Origin: Candidatus Dojkabacteria bacterium
GTDB lineage: Bacteria; Patescibacteriota; Dojkabacteria; SC72
Length of the DNA: 64,000 nucleotides
Direction: 5' to 3'
NCBI GenBank assembly: GCA_016182915.1
Contig: JACPFP010000002.1
Span: 230,244-294,243 of the forward strand
Position 1 is the first letter of the stretch; every line of letters begins with the position of its first letter. A program made the position numbers and the translations under genes. This document shows positions 56,030 through 64,000 of the stretch, piece by piece. The notes beneath the pieces were generated by a model. It saw only the letters and a program-made list of their open reading frames with translations. It was not told where the DNA came from and did not search any database.

Positions 56030-56486
56030 CATAACAGAATCAATAGAATCAATCCTCAAATCAACTTCTCTTCTTTCTATGGCAACTGTAAACGGAAAGA
56101 AAGCACACATAAATACTGCCTTTTTCGCCTATGATGAGAACTTTTACATCTATTTCCTTTCAGACTCTAAATCTCAACATATTAAAAATATTAAAAACAA
56201 CAACTCAGTTGCAGTTACAGTCTATACAAGCAACCAAACGCTAGCGGATAAACTTAAAGGAATACAGATATTCGGTACCTGCAAACAAGCAAACGGGAAA
56301 ACACTCCTGAATGCCTTTCTGGCATATTCCAAAAGGCACTCAATTTTTAGAAAGGAGATTAAAAAGCCTATTGACCTTAAGCTTTGGGGTTCCAAACTAT
56401 ACTGTATTAAACCAGAATATTTTAAAATACTTGATGAAAAAGTCTTTGGTGTAGGAAAGTGGGTAGAAGTTAAAGCAGTTCGCTAA
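56019..56486 (+). CDS. Pyridoxamine-5'-phosphate-oxidase-like FMN-binding protein
   Basis: [26 protein letters not shown]. Confidence 0.8.
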   Translation: MESNITESIESILKSTSLLSMATVNGKKAHINTAFFAYDENFYIYFLSDSKSQHIKNIKNNNSVAVTVYTSNQTLADKLKGIQIFGTCKQANGKTLLNAFLAYSKRHSIFRKEIKKPIDLKLWGSKLYCIKPEYFKILDEKVFGVGKWVEVKAVR

Positions 56487-57117
56487 AACTATCAATAGTA
56501 TGTTCGTGTTTAGATTTGAGCTCCTGGTTGTGCCCCTTCGTTATAACAACGATATAGTCCATTCCTGTGTTAACCGCGCTTTCTACCCCCGTTGGAGAGT
56601 CCTCAAATATAACAGTCTCCCCGCCTGTTCCACCGAGTAAATTTAGTGCTTTCAAAAAGATATCTGGAGCAGGTTTAGTATTCACAACATCTTCTACATA
56701 GACAACGGCATCGAAGTATTTAATCAAACCTGTCTGTTCCAAAATATACTGAGCAAACTCCCTACCATTAGATGTTCCCACCGCCATTTTCCTACCCTCA
56801 CTCTTCATCTTTTCAAGAAATTCGACCAATCCTTCTTTAATCTTAACCACTTCATTAAATCGTGTATGTAAAGCCTCTCTTTTCTTTGCTCTATACCTAT
56901 TCCTTGCCTCCTCTGCATTATAGTTGCTTCCAATTGATTCTAAATATTTAGTAAACCCGCTTATAGAACCGCTCCCTGCAAAATACTTCATATATTCATT
57001 ATATGTAAGCTCTCTATTAAGAATCTCCTTAACCGTATCTCTAAAACTTGTGTAATTTAGATTTTCCAAATCAACAATAGTACCATCAAGGTCAAAAAGG
57101 AGATATTTCTTATTCAT
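56470..57117 (-). CDS. HAD-family phosphatase
   Basis: FDLDGT, GTSN, KPAPDIF, FEDS; AAGGAGG Shine-Dalgarno before ATG 57117. Confidence 0.9.
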   Translation of the reverse strand: MNKKYLLFDLDGTIVDLENLNYTSFRDTVKEILNRELTYNEYMKYFAGSGSISGFTKYLESIGSNYNAEEARNRYRAKKREALHTRFNEVVKIKEGLVEFLEKMKSEGRKMAVGTSNGREFAQYILEQTGLIKYFDAVVYVEDVVNTKPAPDIFLKALNLLGGTGGETVIFEDSPTGVESAVNTGMDYIVVITKGHNQELKSKHEHTIDSFSELL

Positions 57118-57177
57118 CAAAACCTCCTTTACGCTAATCGACATAGATAAATATTGAAACATTATTTAGTGGGTATC

Positions 57178-60100
57178 CTACTTTTTCCTTACTACAATAT
57201 TTTTAGTTATAGTTTTTTCTCCCTTTGCCGTGATATTAACAACACTAGATCCCCCCTCAAACTTCATCGCTTTATAATCGCTGGAGATAACAACAAGTTC
57301 GTATGCTCCGGGATATATTACAAACCTATACTTTCCATTCTTATCTGTAATACGCTTCGATACAAACCTATCAAACTTCATCTCTTTAATAGCAATCTCT
57401 ACATTCTCAATCGGTTTTCCCTTGATATCCGTAACAATTCCATATGATGCTTCCTCACCAAACATAGATTTATAGAGCATGTAGAAGGCCGGAATATAGA
57501 ACGCTATTACAATCCAATTAGTGAGAGATGGGAACTTTACAACGGTATATACACCAAGAATTATTCCACCCACGAAGATTACTGCGTGGAGCATTTTAAG
57601 AATAAGGTTTATACTAGTTCTTGCAGATACGGAAAGGGCTTTGAATCTATCAACTTTAGTTGGATCGATAGGGATAAGTACCCGAACCTCTTCCCTCTTA
57701 CTTAGGCTGAACAACTCACCTTTGTAGATAGGTTCAAGAGGATAATCAACTACACCCTTAACAATTTCTGTTGGATACTTAAATCCGCCTTTTTTAACAA
57801 GTAATTTATATTTTCCTTTCGGGAGTTCAACATTGAAAGATCCGTATACATCTGTTACATCTGTCCACACAAGCTTATCGTTAACATCATATATTCTGAC
57901 TATTGCTCTTGAAACTGGTTCTTTTGTAACCGAGTCATATACATATCCATATGGTTTACCTTTCTTTCTAAAGCCAAGAAGAGAAAGCATACTTAAAAAT
58001 AGTTGCGTTAAGAAGTATGGGACAGAACTAAATCCTCCACCGATAGCTGCTAGTCCAACTGTGACCGTTGCCGCAGTGGCCGTAGTTGTAACAGCTGTTA
58101 ACTGAGGTTCTGGAAGGTCCCCGACAACACTATTATCTATAGCTATCTTAACGCCATCAATAGCTTCTGTTGCATTAGTTTCTGCAACCGTTGTTAATAC
58201 AGTGTTAACAACATCATTCACAACTTTAATTGGTGTATTTATAACAACAGGGGGAGTGATTGGTTCTTCTTCCTCTTTTTCAGGATCTTCAACGGTAGGT
58301 TCTTTCACCTCGCCTCCTGTATCAACGGTTTCACCTAATCCTCCCGTTCCTGTTAAACCTGAGACAACCCAATAGCTAACACCATCAATTACTGAAGTAG
58401 ACACTGTAACCAATGACCCATCAATATCAATAGTCTGAGGATATGGACCAGCAAATACCACACTACCTGCACAATCACTATTTACTTCATCTATTGATTC
58501 CGCTTTTGTACACAATTTAAACCGATTACTCTCCTCCTTTGGAACATACATAGTATAGGTTCCCTTTAATCCTGCAGTTTCAGGGAGTTTAACAACAACT
58601 TTGCTACCCTCAGCCACGATAACAGCCGAACTCCAGTCTCTATTCTGTGTAAACTCAATCGGGACATCTGCAACAATTGTGTTGTTTCTAAGAACTCTAA
58701 CCTCCTGTACACCCCTCTGACCTCCTAAATCAGTACTTGGATCTACATTCAGACTGCTCTTTAGCCTGAGAAGTACTCCAACAGGAATATTCTCTATAAT
58801 TGCATTTGTACCATATTGAGTTCTTGCCCCCAAACCTGTAACAATTCCTGCCCCATTTCTTGCATTAATTCGGAAGGAGTAGTCTGAAACTGGTGCTAAA
58901 CCGCTTAACAGAACCCCTATATTCCCACCGAATTCTGAATATGTTCCCCAAACAGGTTCTGTTGTTAGAAGACCTGTTCTGAAATCTACAAATCTTCCTT
59001 GAGACTCCTCATATATAGAGTACTGAACACTTGAATCATTAGCGTTTCTAAATATTCTTAGGGTTAAAGACCTCAAAGTTACAGTATTAATACTCTCAAC
59101 TCCAGGAATGCTGGCTAATGTGTACGAAACAAAGCTTGAGGAGGTACCAGATTCAAGAAGATTACCATTTCTAGATTTAGCAATAAATTCATGCCTGGCT
59201 CCTGGAACAAGTCCGTTTATTGTCATACCATTGAGACCTCCGAAATCAGCAAATTTACCCCACTTAACATCAGATACTAGAGTTCCTGTTCTAGGATCTA
59301 CAGACTTTCCACTTACAATATCCATTATACTGTAGTCCGTATTCGCAGGATTCTGGTTTGCACTAACCTTTATAAGGAGAGAGGTTGGAGTATTAAGAGT
59401 AACTCCAACTCTTCCTGGAGTATTTGAAAGAGTATAAATCTTAGAACTTGGAGATGGCGTAGACTCTACATTCTGTCCATTACGGGATATTGTATGGAAT
59501 TCATACTCTGTATTTATTCCCAAACCACTTATACTAAAACCTGTTCCCCTCCCCCAATTAGTATACGTTCCCCAAACAGCATCCGTCTCCCATAAACCAT
59601 TTGTGTAGTTAAAATATTTAGAAGTTGTGACATCCTTGAAAGCAAAGGTTGTAACCTCTGGATTACCTCCATTATCAATTACAACCTTAATTCTAGATTC
59701 TGAAAGAGGAGTTAGAGCCGGCGAAGAGGTCTGAACGGAAAGGGTATAAATAGTCACAATATCTGATGTAGAAGTAATCACGTCTTCACCATCTCTAGCA
59801 ACAACTGCAAATTGATACTCTGCATTAGCAAAGAGTTCAGAGACAAAGAAACCAGAGGCCCCTCCTAATTCATCTAACGTATACCAGGAATCTGCAGAGA
59901 GAAGACGCCCTCTTCCTGACCTAAAATCTCCAACTTTCAATCCTGAAATGACCTCCCTCACTTGGTATTGAGTATTTGATGGATTACCGCTAGCGTTTAC
60001 AACAAGCTTTATAGCCGTTGAACTAGACGCCTCAGAGCTTGAGAACTGTGGTGTGGCAGCAGGCGTATATTTGGAAGCCGTTGAACTGTAATCTCCCCTC

Positions 60101-63100
60101 CCCGTTGCATTATAGGCAGCAACCTTTCTTGTATACAGAGTATTTGGGGTCATACCATATTCAATACATGAGGTAAGCGCAGTTCCTAAACACTCAGCAA
60201 CCTGTACTCCATTGGTATCATAGACCCGGTATCCCTGTTCATTTGTTTCATTATCTGTAAAGACCCATCTGATAGAGGTCTCGGACAACCTAATAGGAGT
60301 TCCTATAGTAGGGGCATTTAAAGAGGTACTTACATTTGAGCCTACGCTGAAGGAGGTTTCTATATTGTCAGCATTTCTTGCTTTTGCAACAAACTCATAA
60401 GTAGTTCCAGATTCTAAACCTGATATCGTATATCCGTTATCTCCTCCCCATTGCGCATATGTCCCCCAGACAGGAGTATCACTATCATTACCTGTATTAT
60501 AGTCAACATATTTGGATTTAGTTGAATTATATAAGGCAAGTTGGGTTGAAATTGGATTTCCATTCAGGTCTAAAACGGCCTTAAGCGAACTCACACTTAT
60601 ATCTGAAACTTCAACGCTCCCTGGAACATTTGCAAGGGTATATTTAGCCAGCCCAACAGAGAAGCTCGTATTTATATCATCATTATTTTTGGCTATTGTG
60701 GAGAATGTATATTCACTATTTGGTGAAAGTCCAACAACACCAAACCCAGTTACGCTTCCCCATTGTGCGTATGTGGCCCAGCTTGGCGAAGCCTGAAGTA
60801 CTCCAGTACTATTGTTTACATACAATCCAGAGGTATTTTCTCTCACTGCAAATTGTGTATAGACAGGATTACTAGAAGATCCGACAACAATGACGAGAAC
60901 AGTTGATGAGCTAGGTGAAAGTGAGACAACAGTTGGGGCATTGGCATAAGTATATCCTGAAACGGAAGTTGAAAATGCAGTTTCAATATCATTAGCATTC
61001 CTTGCTTTAACATCGAAAGTGTATTGAGTATTGGCAAGGAGACCATTAACGGTAACTCCACTTGCCCCGCCATATTGGGCATACGTACTCCAAACTGCAG
61101 TATCCGAAAGGGTATTAGTCGCCTCATCTATGAACTTTCCACTGTTAACTTCACGAACGGCATATGTAGTTGTAGAAGGATTGCCTCCTGTACCTAGGGT
61201 AACGTTAACACCGGTACTAGATACTCCCTCCGCAGAAACAACAGAAGGGACAACGGCATGCGTATAAACACTATATGTTCCACTATATGCGGTTTCAACA
61301 GCCTCACTGTTCCTTGCCTTCACCTTGAATATATATTCAGTGTTTGGGTCAAGATTATTTACATCAAAATCAACACCTGTATCAACATACTCAAACCATG
61401 TTGGAGTTGAAATAAGTTCTCCTGTTGTTTGAGAGTAGTATTTCCCAGTACCCTCTTCAAAAATACTAATTTCTGTTCCTCCTGGGTTGCCATTCATGGT
61501 AACCCCAAAAGAAACTCTACCTTGGGTTCCAGAAAGATTGGTTAAAGAAGGAATGGCTGCACGAGTCGTTTCAGATTGAGTCCCGCTAAATACACTATCA
61601 ACATTAGCATTATATGCCTTTACCTTTCTTGTATATGTAGTATTAGGAGAGAGACCCGTTTCATCACAAAAAGTAATATCAGGGGTCGCACATGTAATTA
61701 GAAGACTTCCACTTGAATCATATACTTTAAATCCACTTTCATTAACCCCACCATCCGTAAAATTCCAACGAATTGAACTTGAACTTAATGCCTGTCCGGA
61801 GACCAATATTGGAGTAGAAAGAAGGGTATAAATTTCGGTGGAACCACTATATGCGGTTGTAACGTCTTCAGAATTCTTAGCTCTAACGGCAAGTATATGC
61901 TGCGAACCCTCTGTTAATCCAGACACTAGAACCCCACCCCCTTGCGTCCAGGTGTCATAGTCAGCCCAAACCTCTGACAAACCAATGCTGCCATCAACAT
62001 TACTTATAAACTCATTGGCTCCATACTTTACAGAATACAAAACAGAACTTGGATTACTATTTAGATTTTGATTTAGAGAAACTCTAAACGTATGTTCTGT
62101 GATCTCGCTGGCAACAGGATCCAAAGGAGCATTTGCAAGAGTATAACCAGATACTGGATCCGTAGAAGAAGTCTCGACTCCCTCACCATTTCTAACTTTC
62201 ACAGTAAATGAATATTGAATATTTGGAGACATGCCGGAAAGGACTACCTGATCTGAGGCAGTCCATATATCTCCAATACTACATCCAGTAGTACAGATCA
62301 CGTGAATTGCACCTTGATCGGCTCCAAGATTAGGAACATTTGTAACAGAAACTGTGAAGGAGGTTGAGGTTGGATTTACAATAGAGACGGTAGGAAAAAG
62401 AGCTAGGGTATATTTAGACACAGAGTCGGAATCTAGGGTCTCAACACCGTCTCCATTTCTAGCTTTTACCACAAACGTATACTGAGTGTTGTTTGTAAGT
62501 GACGTTGCAGTTGCCGTTGTTGCAGGATTCCATACATTCAATCCCGAATCACAAGAGGCAGACGTGCAATCAAAGTATAATGCAGAGAGTCCTACTCCTA
62601 AATTAGAAACTCCTGCGGCATTCAGCCCAATACTAGTCGTCGCTACAGTGGTGGTAGAGATTGTAGGCGTATTTATAAGTGTATACCTACTAGTCAGGCT
62701 TGATGCCTGGCTATCACCATTAGCATTGTATGCAATTATAGCCCTTGTATATTGAGTATTGGCAGAAAGCCCTGTTTCATCACAATATGTAAGATCTGCA
62801 CTTGCACACGTAGCCTTTACAACCCCTAATTCGTCTACAACCTTAAACCCTGTTTCATTAGTAGCATTGTCTACGAAATTCCACCTTATAGAGCTTGTTG
62901 TTAACGCCTGAGCAGCAACGGATGTAGGTGCAGCAGGAGCGTTAGACTGCTCATTTGATAGTGAAAAAGAGATAGAATCTCCAGCGTTGTTATTCTTCTT
63001 AATAAAATAGGAGTTGAGATATGAAGGGAGGTTTGACGCAGAAGCCGTTGTCGTAGTCAAAGTATGATTGTGTGTATACCCAGCTAAAGTACCTGCTGGA

Positions 63101-64000
63101 ACAGTATTTCTTGGAAATCTCCCTCCAGAATAGGTATCTAAGGTAATTGTTATCGAATGTGTATGAGTTGTTGCCCCACCAGTAGAACCATATGTAGAAG
63201 CTCCACGTGGATAGTTAGAATCTAAAGCTGAAAATCTTGTCCAACCAAGCGGAGGGACCACTGTGCTCGCTACAATTCCATTAACAGGGACAACACCTGA
63301 AGCGTTAATACTTCCATAGATCATATTCAAATATGGGGGAGTATTCGTACCACTTCCGGTAGTTCCACCCAATGAAGTATGTCCATGTGCCCACGCAGCA
63401 GATCCACCACCGTCTGCCCCCGCCGCACACTGTTCAGCGGATCCCCCTGTAGCATATCCTCCCGTGAAAGGATGGGTATGGGTAGTACTTCCTCCTGTTC
63501 CCCCATATGTAGCAGATCCCCTAGGGAATTTCGAATCAAGAGCAGTGAACCTTGTCCAACCAGTAGGGACTGTAGCATCAAACCATACTATATTACCTGT
63601 GTTTACAGTCAAGCTCGGGCTTTGGCAAAAGACCATATCTAAATATGGTGGTAGTGTAGAAGCATTACTGACATCCGCTTTCGTTCCAGTATGCCCCCCT
63701 GGCGACGACATGGTTAAATCACAGGCTCCGTTCGTAGTTGAGGTTGAGGATGATCCTCCCGAAGTTCCAGATACTTGACCGTGATTATGAACATCAGTAC
63801 CACCAGTTGTACCATAACCATTTGCACCTCTTATGAACTTACCATCAAAACTTGTAGCCCTAGTCCACCCTGCCCCACAGGCCACATTATTAAGTACAAT
63901 AAAGTTTCCACTCCATGCCTGCTGTGCACTGACGGCAGCCCCATTACCATAGTAAAAATATATAGTTTTACTTCCAACTGGGACCGAGGGGATTCTTACC
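57178..64000 (-). CDS. Giant surface protein, 5' end beyond the window: DUF2341-like segment, three tail-collar-like repeats, many FN3-like repeats, TM segments and carboxypeptidase-regulatory-like domains
   Basis: Frame stays open to the window end (VRIPSVPVGSKTIYFYYGN); repeated GLxxNTxYxFxVxAxN; GYVYDSVTKEP. Confidence 0.88.
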   Translation of the reverse strand, partial: VRIPSVPVGSKTIYFYYGNGAAVSAQQAWSGNFIVLNNVACGAGWTRATSFDGKFIRGANGYGTTGGTDVHNHGQVSGTSGGSSSTSTTNGACDLTMSSPGGHTGTKADVSNASTLPPYLDMVFCQSPSLTVNTGNIVWFDATVPTGWTRFTALDSKFPRGSATYGGTGGSTTHTHPFTGGYATGGSAEQCAAGADGGGSAAWAHGHTSLGGTTGSGTNTPPYLNMIYGSINASGVVPVNGIVASTVVPPLGWTRFSALDSNYPRGASTYGSTGGATTHTHSITITLDTYSGGRFPRNTVPAGTLAGYTHNHTLTTTTASASNLPSYLNSYFIKKNNNAGDSISFSLSNEQSNAPAAPTSVAAQALTTSSIRWNFVDNATNETGFKVVDELGVVKATCASADLTYCDETGLSANTQYTRAIIAYNANGDSQASSLTSRYTLINTPTISTTTVATTSIGLNAAGVSNLGVGLSALYFDCTSASCDSGLNVWNPATTATATSLTNNTQYTFVVKARNGDGVETLDSDSVSKYTLALFPTVSIVNPTSTSFTVSVTNVPNLGADQGAIHVICTTGCSIGDIWTASDQVVLSGMSPNIQYSFTVKVRNGEGVETSSTDPVSGYTLANAPLDPVASEITEHTFRVSLNQNLNSNPSSVLYSVKYGANEFISNVDGSIGLSEVWADYDTWTQGGGVLVSGLTEGSQHILAVRAKNSEDVTTAYSGSTEIYTLLSTPILVSGQALSSSSIRWNFTDGGVNESGFKVYDSSGSLLITCATPDITFCDETGLSPNTTYTRKVKAYNANVDSVFSGTQSETTRAAIPSLTNLSGTQGRVSFGVTMNGNPGGTEISIFEEGTGKYYSQTTGELISTPTWFEYVDTGVDFDVNNLDPNTEYIFKVKARNSEAVETAYSGTYSVYTHAVVPSVVSAEGVSSTGVNVTLGTGGNPSTTTYAVREVNSGKFIDEATNTLSDTAVWSTYAQYGGASGVTVNGLLANTQYTFDVKARNANDIETAFSTSVSGYTYANAPTVVSLSPSSSTVLVIVVGSSSNPVYTQFAVRENTSGLYVNNSTGVLQASPSWATYAQWGSVTGFGVVGLSPNSEYTFSTIAKNNDDINTSFSVGLAKYTLANVPGSVEVSDISVSSLKAVLDLNGNPISTQLALYNSTKSKYVDYNTGNDSDTPVWGTYAQWGGDNGYTISGLESGTTYEFVAKARNADNIETSFSVGSNVSTSLNAPTIGTPIRLSETSIRWVFTDNETNEQGYRVYDTNGVQVAECLGTALTSCIEYGMTPNTLYTRKVAAYNATGRGDYSSTASKYTPAATPQFSSSEASSSTAIKLVVNASGNPSNTQYQVREVISGLKVGDFRSGRGRLLSADSWYTLDELGGASGFFVSELFANAEYQFAVVARDGEDVITSTSDIVTIYTLSVQTSSPALTPLSESRIKVVIDNGGNPEVTTFAFKDVTTSKYFNYTNGLWETDAVWGTYTNWGRGTGFSISGLGINTEYEFHTISRNGQNVESTPSPSSKIYTLSNTPGRVGVTLNTPTSLLIKVSANQNPANTDYSIMDIVSGKSVDPRTGTLVSDVKWGKFADFGGLNGMTINGLVPGARHEFIAKSRNGNLLESGTSSSFVSYTLASIPGVESINTVTLRSLTLRIFRNANDSSVQYSIYEESQGRFVDFRTGLLTTEPVWGTYSEFGGNIGVLLSGLAPVSDYSFRINARNGAGIVTGLGARTQYGTNAIIENIPVGVLLRLKSSLNVDPSTDLGGQRGVQEVRVLRNNTIVADVPIEFTQNRDWSSAVIVAEGSKVVVKLPETAGLKGTYTMYVPKEESNRFKLCTKAESIDEVNSDCAGSVVFAGPYPQTIDIDGSLVTVSTSVIDGVSYWVVSGLTGTGGLGETVDTGGEVKEPTVEDPEKEEEEPITPPVVINTPIKVVNDVVNTVLTTVAETNATEAIDGVKIAIDNSVVGDLPEPQLTAVTTTATAATVTVGLAAIGGGFSSVPYFLTQLFLSMLSLLGFRKKGKPYGYVYDSVTKEPVSRAIVRIYDVNDKLVWTDVTDVYGSFNVELPKGKYKLLVKKGGFKYPTEIVKGVVDYPLEPIYKGELFSLSKREEVRVLIPIDPTKVDRFKALSVSARTSINLILKMLHAVIFVGGIILGVYTVVKFPSLTNWIVIAFYIPAFYMLYKSMFGEEASYGIVTDIKGKPIENVEIAIKEMKFDRFVSKRITDKNGKYRFVIYPGAYELVVISSDYKAMKFEGGSSVVNITAKGEKTITKNIVVRKK

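Noticed and set aside
57178-64000. CRISPR array or diversity-generating retroelement in the repetitive giant gene
   Set aside because: Repeats are degenerate protein-domain repeats; no identical spaced repeats, reverse transcriptase or TR/VR pair seen in the window

Overview
A 64-kb chromosomal segment of an AT-rich bacterium that uses genetic code 11 (TGA is read as stop). Most genes lie on the - strand. Gene content points to Patescibacteria/CPR, possibly Dojkabacteria; the taxon is an inference from tandem VirB2-like pilins, a VirB4-like ATPase, an ATP-dependent ligase beside polA, tRNA-Ile(UAU), divergent 16S primer sites and a giant FN3 surface protein. The core part (1-40.9 kb) holds rho, radA, clpC, rpsA, nth, an intron-less 16S-Ile-Ala-23S-5S operon, ligase/polA, ftsH, efp, a tyrosine recombinase, smpB, a pilin/ATPase/SpoIID envelope locus and a helicase-nuclease. 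The accessory part (40.9-57.1 kb) holds a TA pair, nfo and, downstream of tRNA-Ser, a mosaic island of NUDIX, GNAT, hydrolase and regulator genes. A giant adhesin runs off the right end. Best candidates for something new: (1) an unannotated ~240-nt RNA between radA and rho with its own consensus promoter and two equal-length 64-nt hairpins on a three-way junction; (2) a leader-peptide attenuator controlling a GNAT acetyltransferase; (3) a phage-type DNA-hypermodification helical-domain gene in the island; (4) duplicated gene-start and tRNA-end fragments that record how the island grew. All RNA folds were derived by hand and all family calls come from motifs; no searches were run.
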